The notes: generated from the sequence alone by a model not told the origin. DNA of 64,000 bases from Candidatus Omnitrophota bacterium (GCA_903860135.1 CAIOPG010000017.1:139364-203363); one strand, 5' to 3'; counted from the first letter of the stretch, positions 38,153 to 48,689 are shown. Translations and numbers: made by a program.

Positions 38153-38752
38153 TCAACGCGACTGAATGGTTAGCGGTGTGCCTGTTTCCAGCGACTGCAA
38201 CCAATCTTTAAGATCCCCGGGGTCCGCCTGAAGCATGGCGTAAGACATTAATGTTTTCTCCGGCTGGAGGCGCAACACCAGCGGGCACTCCGCAGCTATC
38301 GTCGCGCCTAAAGCCCCTTCGCTCCCCAGGAAAAGATCATTATACCCGTAAGCCACCGCTTGTTCAATGTCTGTCCAGCGGTGCCCCTGAGACCACCGCC
38401 CGCGGCTTGCCCGCGAGCTGATCACACGCTCCGGCTTTACGACGGTACAAACATCCCCTGGCTCTTGCGACGCACAGGGCTCTATCAAACAACTGCAGGC
38501 ACCGATACGCCAGAGTGCCGTCAGGACAATAAAATAAGAAGGCGATGCCTCTGCCAGAAGAAGGACGCGCGTCTGGGGGCGGACAGCGATCTCTTTCAAA
38601 TAACGCGCCGTGCTGTGCACGTAACCGTTGACCGCACCCCAAAAGATACTGCGACCGCGCCAGGCAATGGCAACCTTTGCCGGATAACGGATCGCGTTAA
38701 GATAAACCGGGCATGGCGTCAAGCGATCACCGCGCCTTAGGCGCCCTGACAA
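38153..38752 (-). CDS. Hypothetical; resembles only the N-terminal segment of an AMP-binding (acyl-CoA synthetase) enzyme
   Basis: 199 aa. ...YPAKVAIAWRGRSIFWGAVNGYVHSTARYLKEIAVRPQTRVLLLAEASPSYFIVLTALWRIGA... fits the pre-P-loop region of ANL enzymes. The TSGTTGxPKG motif and adenylation core are absent. Confidence 0.3.
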   Translation of the reverse strand: MSGRLRRGDRLTPCPVYLNAIRYPAKVAIAWRGRSIFWGAVNGYVHSTARYLKEIAVRPQTRVLLLAEASPSYFIVLTALWRIGACSCLIEPCASQEPGDVCTVVKPERVISSRASRGRWSQGHRWTDIEQAVAYGYNDLFLGSEGALGATIAAECPLVLRLQPEKTLMSYAMLQADPGDLKDWLQSLETGTPLTIQSR

Positions 38753-38758
38753 CGGCGT

Positions 38759-39109
38759 TCATTCCATATTACCCTTGAGGTGTTCGCGTATATGCAAGAC
38801 TTCGCCCTGATAGCGCGGGATAAGGTGCAGGTGCGCGTGCATGACCACCTGCCCTGCGGCGGCACCGCAATTGGCCCAGATATTATACCCGTGCGGCGCA
38901 TGCTGCTGATCCAGAAGCGTTTTTAAGCGCGTCAAAAGTTCCTGCATGGCCGTGAATTCTTCGGGTGTCGCGTCGAATATTTCCCTGAAATGGCGGCGCG
39001 GGATAACCAGCGTATGCCCTTGCGACAACGGCTTAATATCGTACACCGCATAGGCCAGGCTGTTTTCCATGATCCGCGGGATATTCTTGCAAAAAACACA
39101 GTCACTCAT
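38759..39109 (-). CDS. HIT-family nucleotide hydrolase
   Basis: 116 aa with the histidine triad HAHLHLIP. Confidence 0.8.
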   Translation of the reverse strand: MSDCVFCKNIPRIMENSLAYAVYDIKPLSQGHTLVIPRRHFREIFDATPEEFTAMQELLTRLKTLLDQQHAPHGYNIWANCGAAAGQVVMHAHLHLIPRYQGEVLHIREHLKGNME

Positions 39110-39118
39110 GGCCGACTC

Positions 39119-39385
39119 CTAGGCAGGCATATTACGGGCAAACTCTTCCACTTCTTTGCGGGCGCGATCAATGTCTTCCATGGAAAAAATGTCGCAGTAA
39201 AGCTGTACCGCCAGGTCCTTGTCGCCTTCACGCAAAACATCCCGGACATCCCACATGGTCGGCTCTTCCTGACGCGCGCGTTCCTGGTACAATTTTTGTG
39301 CCTTGCGCAGTGCAATGATCCAGTAGATCTGCAGACCCAGCAGGATCAAAAGCGCCGCACTGATAAAAATAGCGAACCAGATCAT
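39119..39385 (-). CDS. Small single-TM protein, translationally coupled to xseB
   Basis: Start ATG at 39383-39385 overlaps the xseB stop (ATGA). Translates MIWFAIFISAALLILLGLQIYWIIAL... then a charged C-terminal region. Confidence 0.4.
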   Translation of the reverse strand: MIWFAIFISAALLILLGLQIYWIIALRKAQKLYQERARQEEPTMWDVRDVLREGDKDLAVQLYCDIFSMEDIDRARKEVEEFARNMPA

Positions 39386-39597
39386 AACCCTCCCTCGGCC
39401 ACAGGGGCATCGAATTTTGCGACGATCTCCCGGACCTCGAATTCCGCCTTGGCGATCTTGTCCCTGCAAAGTTTGACAAGGACCGCCGCTTCTTTGACTT
39501 TCTCGGAAAGCTCGTCGATGTCAATCTCTTCGCTCTCGATCTTGCCCATGATCTCTTCAAGCCGGGCAACAGCCTTGGAATATTTGATATCAGCCAT
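39382..39597 (-). CDS. xseB: Exodeoxyribonuclease VII small subunit
   Basis: 71-aa helical protein directly after xseA. Confidence 0.8.
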   Translation of the reverse strand: MADIKYSKAVARLEEIMGKIESEEIDIDELSEKVKEAAVLVKLCRDKIAKAEFEVREIVAKFDAPVAEGGL

Positions 39598-40939
39598 CGT
39601 GTTTCTCCATTAACTCTGGGCCGCCAACAGCCGTGCTTTCAATGAAACCATCCGCCAGTTCAGACCTCAATGCTTGTCCAGCGCTGACATCCCGGGCTGA
39701 ACGGATCGCCCGCCCGTCCATGGCGCGTGTGATCGAAAAGCCGCGCTTAAGGATGTTCTGCGGGGAAACCATCCCGGCCAATTTTTGATAGTTGTCTATT
39801 TTAATCACAGAAGCCGTCAAACGCAAACGAATTGTCTTCCTTAACCCTTCACCTGACCTTTGAAGGCCTGTGCGCGCATCGGCCGCAGCGTTCAACGGCG
39901 CGCGTTTCAAGCGTTCCACAAACAGGACATTCTGCTCCCGGTGCCCTTTAAGCCATCGCGGCAACAGGGCCCGCAGGTCAATGGCGGCATCTTTCAGGCA
40001 TACCCTGCGGCCATTGACAGCCTCTAAGGCCGACACGCCCAGCCGCCGCCAGCATTCATCGAGCCCGCGCAGGAAAGCCATGACAGCGCCGGCCAGAAGC
40101 TGGGCAGCTGCCGTCGGTGTCTTCGTGCAGGTGTGCGCGGCAAGGTCGGCAATGCTGGTGTTAATTTCATGGCCTATCCCGGTAATCACAGGATATTTTG
40201 AGGCGGCTATGGCCAAGGCAATGTCTTTGGAATCAAAACAGGCCAGTTCCGCGATCGACCCGCCGCCCCGGGTGACCACAATGACATCCAGATCATCGCG
40301 GGCATTCAAGGCCGCGAGTGCCGCCACCACCGACGGGGCGCAATTTTTCCCCTGCATAACCGCCCGGGCCAGATAGATGCGAAAACCGCACCCGCTGCGC
40401 TGAAGTTCATCCCTGAAATCATTGTGCGCCGCCGAATCAAAGGCTGTCACAAGCCCTATGCGCAACGGCACCGCCGGCATTGCCTGCTGTTTATTCTTTT
40501 CAAGGATCCCCGATCGCATGAGTTCAGCGACAAGCTTCTGACGGTCTTGCGCCATCTTGCCGAGCGTATACACAGGATCAATGTCCTCAACAACCAGCCG
40601 GACCTGCCCGAAGCCGGTATAAAAATCCACCTTACAAAGGAACTTAACCTCGATATCATCCTTGAGGGCAAATGCATTCTCGGCGCGCGTCAAGACCGCG
40701 TCGATCCTGGGGCGGGTATTGGCCCAAATAACTAGGCCCATGCGGGCTTTTACCTCAACGGCATCCGTGGACTTCTCGACAAGCTCAAAGAAAGCGTGCG
40801 CGCGCCCCTTGTTGCGGTCATACCCCTGCACCTCGCCGCAAACCCACACCGCGCGCGGGAAGCCGGACGTGACAACGTCGCGGAGCATGGCATTGAGTTC
40901 GGAAATCGTGAAGGCTGTGCTCGTTGTCATCTTAATCAC
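39590..40939 (-). CDS. xseA: Exodeoxyribonuclease VII large subunit
   Basis: 449 aa with an OB-fold N-terminus and catalytic core (…VITGIGHEINTSIAD…). Confidence 0.85.
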   Translation of the reverse strand: MIKMTTSTAFTISELNAMLRDVVTSGFPRAVWVCGEVQGYDRNKGRAHAFFELVEKSTDAVEVKARMGLVIWANTRPRIDAVLTRAENAFALKDDIEVKFLCKVDFYTGFGQVRLVVEDIDPVYTLGKMAQDRQKLVAELMRSGILEKNKQQAMPAVPLRIGLVTAFDSAAHNDFRDELQRSGCGFRIYLARAVMQGKNCAPSVVAALAALNARDDLDVIVVTRGGGSIAELACFDSKDIALAIAASKYPVITGIGHEINTSIADLAAHTCTKTPTAAAQLLAGAVMAFLRGLDECWRRLGVSALEAVNGRRVCLKDAAIDLRALLPRWLKGHREQNVLFVERLKRAPLNAAADARTGLQRSGEGLRKTIRLRLTASVIKIDNYQKLAGMVSPQNILKRGFSITRAMDGRAIRSARDVSAGQALRSELADGFIESTAVGGPELMEKHDG

Positions 40940-41315
40940 CCGCCTCCGTTGGAACCGGGATTTGCAAAGCGGCGACGATCCCGGATTTCAACAAATTAAA
41001 TTTTTCGGTCATGGCTTCATACTTTCTGTCGAGGACAACCGCATGGGCGTGATCTTGCTGGTCAAGGCTTGAATCATATAAAGCCTTACAATCCCGATGC
41101 TCATCAAAGGCCGTATTGAAAGCCTGCACACACTGCGCATACCCCTCAAACCCGCAAGGAACAGGTGCGGTCAGGTCAAGTTTACGGCTGATGATACGGC
41201 GCTGTTCCATGACATAAACACGCTCCAGGTTGGCCTCTATTTCCTTCCGGAAAACAACTGTCCGCGACAACGCTTTTGCGCAGAACAAGCCCGCCCATGG
41301 CCAGCCCCTGGTCAT
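40932..41315 (-). CDS. Hypothetical protein
   Basis: 127-aa ORF between xth and xseA with no recognised family; the true start may be internal (MEQRRIISRK...). Confidence 0.35.
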   Translation of the reverse strand: MTRGWPWAGLFCAKALSRTVVFRKEIEANLERVYVMEQRRIISRKLDLTAPVPCGFEGYAQCVQAFNTAFDEHRDCKALYDSSLDQQDHAHAVVLDRKYEAMTEKFNLLKSGIVAALQIPVPTEAGD

Positions 41316-42085
41316 ACGGCATCGAGCTTTAACGTGATCCCCACCGGGCAGTGATCTGAACCCAGGACATCTCCGAGGATAAACGCATGGCTCAGCGCCG
41401 GCAATAAGGCCTGGTCAATGAAACAATAATCAATGCGCCACCCGACATTACGCGCCCGCGCCCCTGTCTTGAAATCCCACCAGGAATAATGCCCGCCGTC
41501 AGGCGTAAAATGACGAAAAGTGTCGACATACCCCGCGTCAAGGAAGCGCGTCACCCAGGCCCGCTCTTCGGGCAGGAAGCCGGTGTTCTTCACATTCTCT
41601 TTAGGCCGTGCCAGATCAACGGGCTGATGGGCCGTATTAACATCCCCGACAATGACCACATGCCGCCCCTGACGCCGAAAGGCTTCGGCCTTTTTCAGGA
41701 AAAGCTCATAGAACGCCAGCTTGAAAGGCACCCGTTTGTTCCCCGCCCCGCCGTTAGGATAATAAATATTAAAAAGGACAAAGTCACCCATATCCAGGAT
41801 AAGGGTGCGACCTTCACTGTCAAACACAGCGTCGCCCAACCCTTGCGCGACCGACAACGGCTCCTGCCGCGTATAAACAGCCACACCGCTGTATCCTTTT
41901 TTCTCCGCCGCGCACCAGCATGCGCTATAGCCAGGGACCTGCAGCAACGCCGCATCGAGCTGTTCCGGCGCCGCTTTGGTTTCCTGCAGGCAAAGGATGT
42001 CGGGGTTCTCTTTCTTAAACCAGTCGAGGAAGCCCTTCTTCTGGACAGCCCGTATCCCGTTAACATTCCAGCTGATCAACCGCAT
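41312..42085 (-). CDS. xth: Exodeoxyribonuclease III (AP endonuclease)
   Basis: 257 aa, MRLISWNVNGIRA..., an EEP fold with catalytic DHCP near the C-terminus. Confidence 0.9.
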   Translation of the reverse strand: MRLISWNVNGIRAVQKKGFLDWFKKENPDILCLQETKAAPEQLDAALLQVPGYSACWCAAEKKGYSGVAVYTRQEPLSVAQGLGDAVFDSEGRTLILDMGDFVLFNIYYPNGGAGNKRVPFKLAFYELFLKKAEAFRRQGRHVVIVGDVNTAHQPVDLARPKENVKNTGFLPEERAWVTRFLDAGYVDTFRHFTPDGGHYSWWDFKTGARARNVGWRIDYCFIDQALLPALSHAFILGDVLGSDHCPVGITLKLDAV

Positions 42086-42201
42086 GGCATCACCTGCAAC
42101 CTCATCATTAGCGCATCAAAAGAAAACGCTCCGAAGTATCCCGCAGGACACCACAGAGCACCAAAAAACACGATGGTACCATCATCATGATCAAAACCAA
42201 G

Positions 42202-42675
42202 TTAGACGGACTTGCGATTGATCTTGGCAAAAGTGCCCAACACCCTTTCCAGCAGTTCACTCCAGGCCACATTATATGCCTTATCAAAATAGACCGTCTG
42301 TTCCACGTCAACGCCATTGATCTCGCTGATCTCAATGCCCGCCCTAAAACAAGGTTTGTTATCCGGAAATACCCCGATAGAACGGCACCAGCAAACTTCG
42401 CCTTTCATGGAAAAAACATCCTCACTGTTAGGCAACTGCAGATCTATCCAGAGAACATCACCTGGCTCAAGCGCCTTGGCTGTTTCAAAAGACAACCCGC
42501 ACACCGAAATATCCTTCGAGAAGCCGGTGTAATCCTGCTCGCGGCCTTCCTGGATCTCTTCGTCCACCTTGAAGCTGACCTTGACACTGAAATCATAGGC
42601 AATACGGAATTTGAGCGTGGCATCGGTCGCGTAACGGCAGGACTTGCGTTTGTCGATCACGTTGCATTGTTCCAT
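42202..42675 (-). CDS. PilZ-domain protein (putative c-di-GMP receptor)
   Basis: 157 aa with R-rich RKSCRY (RxxxR-like) followed by DISVCGLSF (D/NxSxxG). Confidence 0.6.
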   Translation of the reverse strand: MEQCNVIDKRKSCRYATDATLKFRIAYDFSVKVSFKVDEEIQEGREQDYTGFSKDISVCGLSFETAKALEPGDVLWIDLQLPNSEDVFSMKGEVCWCRSIGVFPDNKPCFRAGIEISEINGVDVEQTVYFDKAYNVAWSELLERVLGTFAKINRKSV

Positions 42676-42758
42676 CGCGGTTCTCCAGGAGCTATATGTC
42701 TGACTAAATCTACATCACTATACCCATGAACAAATATATTGCAAAGGAATTCGCGGAG

Positions 42759-43334
42759 TTATACCCTCAGGAAGAAAGCCGCGAAACCCTTCACGGTGCG
42801 TGCGGTCAACGGAGCGAGCGCTTCCGCGTACTTGCCCTGAGAATACTGGATAATGCCCAGCGCGTTTGTGTGCTCTCCTGGCATGACCGTGATCGGCAAC
42901 GGAACCGCGATCATGCCCATGTATTTGGCATAGGTGTGCAAGGCCTGGAGGCAAAGGTCTGCCCCGCCCTCGGTATTCCCGGCCGAGGTGAACGCCGCGA
43001 ACTTCTTGCCGGCCAGCCCGCCCTCGTACCATATCTTCCCGGTAGAATCCATGAACGCTTTCATTGAAGCCGAAACATTGCCAAAATATGTCGGGGACCC
43101 CATGATAATGCCGTCAGCCTTGAGCATCGCTTCGCCCGTCGCGAGGGGCACCGCGCGCATCGCATGGACGTTGGCTTGTGCCTCTGGCGTAAGCCCCGGC
43201 TTCTCGACCCACCCCTGGTCTGCGGTACGCCAGAGCGTGACATTGGCTCCCAACACTTTAAATTCTTCCTCAAATTTCTTGGCCACCAGATAATCATTGC
43301 CGCACACACTGTGAAATATGATCATGATATTCAT
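42759..43334 (-). CDS. Flavodoxin-like fold NAD(P)H-dependent oxidoreductase
   Basis: 191 aa, MNIMIIFHSVCGND..., an FMN-reductase/WrbA-like fold. Confidence 0.65.
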   Translation of the reverse strand: MNIMIIFHSVCGNDYLVAKKFEEEFKVLGANVTLWRTADQGWVEKPGLTPEAQANVHAMRAVPLATGEAMLKADGIIMGSPTYFGNVSASMKAFMDSTGKIWYEGGLAGKKFAAFTSAGNTEGGADLCLQALHTYAKYMGMIAVPLPITVMPGEHTNALGIIQYSQGKYAEALAPLTARTVKGFAAFFLRV

Positions 43335-43359
43335 AAGTCCAACTCCTGTCCTGTTCCGA

Positions 43360-44802
43360 CTACCGGATTAACGCATACGCCAAACTGATCAAGACCACCG
43401 CATAAGGCAAGGACATCATGAACATCCGTCCGTAAGACAATCCAATATGCCGGGCCATGGCGCTCGTCAGAAGAAAAAGAAAGGCCGCCTGACCATTGGG
43501 TGTCAGGATCGAAAAGATATTGGTCCCGGCATTGATAAGAAGCGCAATCTTGTCAAACTGAATACGGTCAATGACCCCCTGCGTCAGGGCATTGTGTGCC
43601 TGATGGATATAGATACTGGCCACAAAAACATTATCGCTCACCGCCGAAAGGATGCCGCTGGCCAGAAAGAACGCATACAACTGCCCCTTGCCTTCAAACT
43701 GCAACGCCAGGCGCGTGATCGGCTCAAAAAGGCCCAGCGATTCGATCATGGCCACGATCACAAAGAACACCACCAGCAGTGCGGCAAAAGGCATCGACTC
43801 CTCAAATGACCGCCCGATCTCCTGCTCGCTCGTCTGGCCTGTCAAGACCGGCAAGGTGATCAACAGGCCAAGGCCGATGATCCCGATCGGCGCCATCTGC
43901 CAGGCCAACGCCAGCATGAGGCAGACCAGCGCCACCAGCATGATCCCCATCCTGACCGGATGCGCCGCATCATTCCTGGCGAGCAACGCCGCCGACTTCT
44001 GCTCGATCGCTGCCGCCACATGATCGGAAATCTGATACCCGAATCCAAAGGCCCGCACACGCCAGAATTCAAGGCTGAAACAAAGCACGATCCCGGCCAG
44101 CTGGAGCGGGATCGAGAAATGCGCCATTTTCATATAAAAGTCCTGAAAACCCCACCCGGCATACTTGGCAATAAGGATATTCTGCGGTTCGCCGATCAGG
44201 GTGGCCACGCCGCCGATGGCTGTGCCCACCGCTCCGTGCATCAAAAGGTTCCTCAGGAAACCATTGAATTCTTCAGCATCACCGGTGGATGTGAGCTCCA
44301 CGGACACATAAATTTCCCTGATAGCCACACAAACACTGATCATGACCGCCAGGACGGTCAAGGCATCGAGCCACGCGGACAGGAATGCCCCTGCGGCAAG
44401 AAAGATCAGGCTCAGGGCGATCTTGTTCCGGATCGCCGCAAAAAGCTTCATGAACAGCCAGGCCAGGAAAGGCTGCATGAAATGGATGGCCGGCACCATG
44501 AACATCAGGAGCATCAGCACATCGATGTTGTTGGTGACTTCTTTCATCACATGCGCCGAAGACGTCATGTTGAGCGCCAACACTTCCAGCGCCAGCAGTC
44601 CACCGGGGAAAAGGGGATACGCTTTCAGGGACATGCCCAGGATAAGCAGGAATTCAACCAGTACCACCCAGCCCGTGATGAAAGAGCCGGCTGAAAAATA
44701 TAACAGCACATTGCCCGCCAGGAAGCCAACGATGAGTTTCTTGTACCAGGCTGGGGCAGAACCCATGAAGAGCGTGCCGCCGTGCGTGAGGGTCTTGATC
44801 AT
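43360..44802 (-). CDS. ArsB/NhaD-superfamily ion transporter (NhaD-like Na+/H+ antiporter)
   Basis: 480 aa, a polytopic protein with 12 or more helices and family-typical duplicated halves. Confidence 0.6.
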   Translation of the reverse strand: MIKTLTHGGTLFMGSAPAWYKKLIVGFLAGNVLLYFSAGSFITGWVVLVEFLLILGMSLKAYPLFPGGLLALEVLALNMTSSAHVMKEVTNNIDVLMLLMFMVPAIHFMQPFLAWLFMKLFAAIRNKIALSLIFLAAGAFLSAWLDALTVLAVMISVCVAIREIYVSVELTSTGDAEEFNGFLRNLLMHGAVGTAIGGVATLIGEPQNILIAKYAGWGFQDFYMKMAHFSIPLQLAGIVLCFSLEFWRVRAFGFGYQISDHVAAAIEQKSAALLARNDAAHPVRMGIMLVALVCLMLALAWQMAPIGIIGLGLLITLPVLTGQTSEQEIGRSFEESMPFAALLVVFFVIVAMIESLGLFEPITRLALQFEGKGQLYAFFLASGILSAVSDNVFVASIYIHQAHNALTQGVIDRIQFDKIALLINAGTNIFSILTPNGQAAFLFLLTSAMARHIGLSYGRMFMMSLPYAVVLISLAYALIR

Positions 44803-44820
44803 GATACGCCTTCCGGTGTG

Positions 44821-45240
44821 CTATTCAACCTTTGTGGCGGCAATGTCGAGGTTCGCTATGCCCAGGGCCGACAGGATATCCAGGACATCCACAACGTCCC
44901 GGAACCGCGTCTGCTGGTCGGAACGCAGGTAGACGTTCAGGGAAGGATTTTCTTTCTTCAACGCCGCTATCTTGCTTTTTAATTCTTTCAGCGTCACCAC
45001 TTTATCATCCAGATAAACCATCCCCTCGCTCGTGACGGAAACAACGGACTGCGACTGTTTGGCCCGGCCTGTATCACGGGGTTCAGCACCTTTTGAATCC
45101 GGCAGTTTGACCTTGATGCTCGACTGGTACATGAGCGGTGTGGCCAGCATGAAAATAACCAGCAACACAAGGATCACATCCGTAAAGGGGGTGATATTGA
45201 TGTCGGTGACCAAAGGGCGTGTGCGCGGACGCCTTTTCAT
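44821..45240 (-). CDS. exbD: ExbD/TolR-family biopolymer transport protein
   Basis: 139 aa with a single TM helix (…TPFTDVILVLLVIFM…) and a periplasmic domain. Confidence 0.8.
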   Translation of the reverse strand: MKRRPRTRPLVTDINITPFTDVILVLLVIFMLATPLMYQSSIKVKLPDSKGAEPRDTGRAKQSQSVVSVTSEGMVYLDDKVVTLKELKSKIAALKKENPSLNVYLRSDQQTRFRDVVDVLDILSALGIANLDIAATKVE

Positions 45241-45854
45241 GCCCTGACTCCCGTCAGAAGGTCGCGCGCCTCAGAGGCGGCCAGGTCCATGTCCATCACA
45301 AAACGCTCGATGCGGCTCTGGCAATAATTAAAAGCAATGACCGCCGGGACAGCGACACAGAGCCCTACGGCTGTACAAACCAGCGCCTCGGCAATGCCGT
45401 TGATGACCACACCCATCCCGCCGCTGCCCTGCGTGGAAATATCATGAAAAGCGCGGATGATCCCCAGCACCGTCCCGAAAAGGCCGATGTAAACCGCCGT
45501 GCTCCCGATGGTGCCGATGATGGCCGTGCGGCGTTCAAGTTTGATCGTCTCGATGGTGATCTGACGTTCCATGGCATTGTCCATGATCTCGCCCGGGCTG
45601 TTGCGCAGGGCAAGGCCGGTGCCGACAACGGCGGCATACGGCGTTTCCGTATGCTGGCATATCTCCTGCGCCTTGGCAAAATTACCCCGGCGGATCTGCC
45701 CGGCAATATCCATCATGAAAATATCCCGGGTCAGACGCGACGAGCGATAATACAGGATAGCGCGTTCTAAAATAACCGCCAACGACAGCATCGACAGCAA
45801 CGACAGGACAATGACCGTGCCCCCGCCCATGTGAAGCATTTGCCAGAGTGACAT
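45237..45854 (-). CDS. exbB: MotA/TolQ/ExbB proton-channel protein
   Basis: 205 aa with three TM helices; overlaps exbD by 4 nt. No tonB or tolA in the window. Confidence 0.8.
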   Translation of the reverse strand: MSLWQMLHMGGGTVIVLSLLSMLSLAVILERAILYYRSSRLTRDIFMMDIAGQIRRGNFAKAQEICQHTETPYAAVVGTGLALRNSPGEIMDNAMERQITIETIKLERRTAIIGTIGSTAVYIGLFGTVLGIIRAFHDISTQGSGGMGVVINGIAEALVCTAVGLCVAVPAVIAFNYCQSRIERFVMDMDLAASEARDLLTGVRA

Positions 45855-46011
45855 GAAAACTCTCCCCTTGAAAGTAGCCTAATAAGAAAACGATGAAGGA
45901 ACTCTAGCAAAAAGAGGGCTTGGCGTCAATGGAAAGGGGGAATAATAAGGCCCCCGGGATTTGTCGCCCCGGAGGCCTTATCTGGATGCCAACAGGCTTT
46001 TGGCCTGGTGA

Positions 46012-48417
46012 TTACTTCTTGACTTCTTCGCCGATGATCTGCATGTCCGTGAAAGACTTGATCACGAAGAATACGGACACCGCGAAGAACCCGATGGCGA
46101 GAGCCATATTGAGTGCCGCGCTCAACTGCAGGGCGATCTCGATGGCCAGCAAACCAAACAGGGTGGTGAACTTGATGATCGGATTCAAGGCCACCGAAGA
46201 CGTATCCTTGAAAGGGTCGCCAACGGTGTCGCCAACAACCGATGCCGCATGCAATTCGGTACCTTTTTCACGCAGGTTGACCTCAACGACCTTCTTCGCA
46301 TTGTCCCACGCGCCGCCGGCATTGGCCATGAAAATAGCCTGATACAGCCCGAACAGCGCGATGGAAATAAGGTACCCGATGAAGAAATACGCATTCAGGC
46401 ACGCGAAAGACAAGGTGGCAAACAAGACCGCCAGGAACAAATTGATCATCCCCTTCTGCGCAAACTGCGTGCAGATCTCGACAACCTTCTTGCTGTCTTC
46501 GGTCGATGCTTTGTCCGACCCTTCCAGCTTGATGTTCTTCTTGATGAATTCCACCGTATGGTACGCCCCGGCCACAACAGCCAGCGTTGACGCGCCCGTA
46601 AACCAGTAGATCATCGCGCCGCCGAGCATAAGCCCCAGCAGGAAAGGCGGATACAGGACAGACAGGAACTGGATGTTCGTTGTCAGCCCGGCCGTCAGGA
46701 TCATGATGATCGAGAAGATCATGGTGGTTGCGCCAACAACCGCGGTGCCGATCAATACCGGTTTGGACGTGGCCTTGAACGTGTTGCCCGCGCCGTCATT
46801 GGACTCGAGGTAATGCTTGGCTTTCTCAAAATCAGGCGTAAAGCCAAAGTCCTTCTTGATCTCCGCCGGAGAAACCTTCTCGATGAGCGACAGCTCATAG
46901 ATCGACTGCGCGTTATCCGCGACCGGGCCGTAAGAATCAACCGCGATCGTGACCGGGCCCATGCCCAGAAAACCGAACGCCACCAGACCGAAGGCAAAGA
47001 TTGACGGGGCCAGCATCAGGACATCAAGCCCCAATCCGCTGATACCATAAGCAATCGCCATCAAGGCCGCGATCGTAAGCCCCATCCAGTAAGCACTGTA
47101 ATTACCGGTCACAAGGCCCGCGAGGATGTTCAGCGACGCGCCGCCTTTTTTGGACGATTCGACGATGTTCTTGACGAACGCTGATTCCGGTGATGTGAAG
47201 ATCTTCACCAGTTCAGGGATAACAGCACCGGCGATCGTGCCGCAGGTGATGATCGACGCGAGCTTCCACCACATCGTGCCATCGCCCATGGTCGGGATCA
47301 GCACATACGATGCCGCGAACGTGAAAACAATGGAAACCAACGACGTGATCCAGACCAGCGATGTCAACGGATCCTCAAAGTTCATTTCCTTGGCACCGGC
47401 ATAACGGGCTTTGGAAATTTGCTCATTAAGCCAATAAGAGAACGCACTGGCGATGATCATGAGCAAGCGCATGACAAAGATCCAGACCAGGAGCTGAACC
47501 TGCACCAGCGGCTCTTTGACCGCCAGCAGGATAAAGGAAATGAGCGCCACACCCGTAACGCCGTACGTTTCAAAACCGTCGGCCGTCGGACCAACGGAAT
47601 CGCCGGCATTGTCGCCCGTGCAATCGGCAATGACACCCGGATTGCGCGCATCGTCTTCCTTGATATTGAACACGATCTTCATCAGGTCAGAACCGATGTC
47701 CGCGATCTTGGTGAAAATACCACCGGCAATACGCAGAACAGAAGCGCCGAGCGATTCACCGATGGCAAAACCGATAAAACACGGCCCGGCATACGACGGA
47801 TCAATGAAGAGAAGAATGGCCAGCATGACCAGAAGCTCGGTTGAGATCAGGAGCATCCCGATCGACATTCCCGCCTGGATCGGAATAGAGTAAACAGGAT
47901 AAGGCGAACCGGCGAGCGAGGCGAACGCGGAACGGGAATTAGCCATCGTATTGATGCGCATCCCGAACCAGGCCACACCGTAACTGCCCGCGATACCGAT
48001 CAGCGAACAAATCAGGATCATCGCGACCTTGGCAAACTCCATGTGACGCAGCCAGCCGAAATACGCGATCATGACAATACCGACAAGCAACTCGAGGATC
48101 AAAAGGAACTTGCCCTGGGTGATCAGGTAGGTCTTGCAGGTTTCATAAATGAGCTCGGAAATATCTTTCATCGCCTTGTGGACCGGCATCTTCATGATGC
48201 TGACAAACTGCACCAGGCCAAACAGGAACCCGAACACGCAGATCAGGATGCCGTAGGTCAAAAGCGTCTTGCCATCAAGCCCCAGAAAAGAAACAGACGC
48301 GAGATTCGGCACAATAAGATCCGCTTCGCCCGCCCATGCCGATGTCAATCCAACGGCCAACAGCGCCAACGGTGACAAAAGCATCGGTTTTAAGAATTTC
48401 TTCACAAAACTTCCCAT
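46012..48417 (-). CDS. hppA: Membrane-bound proton/sodium-translocating pyrophosphatase
   Basis: ORF-track ORF runs to 48471, but the GGAGGA SD precedes the ATG at 48415-48417 (MGSFVKKFLKP...). An ~800-aa polytopic protein with H+-PPase motifs (GDNVGD-like GDTVGDPFKDTS). Confidence 0.9.
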   Translation of the reverse strand: MGSFVKKFLKPMLLSPLALLAVGLTSAWAGEADLIVPNLASVSFLGLDGKTLLTYGILICVFGFLFGLVQFVSIMKMPVHKAMKDISELIYETCKTYLITQGKFLLILELLVGIVMIAYFGWLRHMEFAKVAMILICSLIGIAGSYGVAWFGMRINTMANSRSAFASLAGSPYPVYSIPIQAGMSIGMLLISTELLVMLAILLFIDPSYAGPCFIGFAIGESLGASVLRIAGGIFTKIADIGSDLMKIVFNIKEDDARNPGVIADCTGDNAGDSVGPTADGFETYGVTGVALISFILLAVKEPLVQVQLLVWIFVMRLLMIIASAFSYWLNEQISKARYAGAKEMNFEDPLTSLVWITSLVSIVFTFAASYVLIPTMGDGTMWWKLASIITCGTIAGAVIPELVKIFTSPESAFVKNIVESSKKGGASLNILAGLVTGNYSAYWMGLTIAALMAIAYGISGLGLDVLMLAPSIFAFGLVAFGFLGMGPVTIAVDSYGPVADNAQSIYELSLIEKVSPAEIKKDFGFTPDFEKAKHYLESNDGAGNTFKATSKPVLIGTAVVGATTMIFSIIMILTAGLTTNIQFLSVLYPPFLLGLMLGGAMIYWFTGASTLAVVAGAYHTVEFIKKNIKLEGSDKASTEDSKKVVEICTQFAQKGMINLFLAVLFATLSFACLNAYFFIGYLISIALFGLYQAIFMANAGGAWDNAKKVVEVNLREKGTELHAASVVGDTVGDPFKDTSSVALNPIIKFTTLFGLLAIEIALQLSAALNMALAIGFFAVSVFFVIKSFTDMQIIGEEVKK

Positions 48418-48689
48418 ACAACATCCTCCTCTTAGATTTAATGCCTTGCCGTCAAGACCATCTACACGCATCCGGCGGTAAGGTAATGGATACTCTTCTT
48501 CATCAACCGCTAGCCGATGAAGAACTGGTTAATGTGAATTTAAAGAATATAACGCTGATAGGGCATCAAGTCTAGGGTAAAGATAAAAAATTTACCCCCA
48601 TATTTTCGAAGACGGTTGCCTTGACAATAAAACATCATCTGGTAGTCTATGCTCATTGCATTTTATCCTGGCCTTATCAAGGAGCTCCC

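Noticed and set aside
45855-46011. Possible small ORF or sRNA between exbB and the H+-PPase gene (140-aa plus-strand ORF at 45920-46342).
   Set aside because: The ORF mostly overlaps the 3' end of hppA on the opposite strand, and its translation is low-complexity. The gap is better read as the exbB promoter region.
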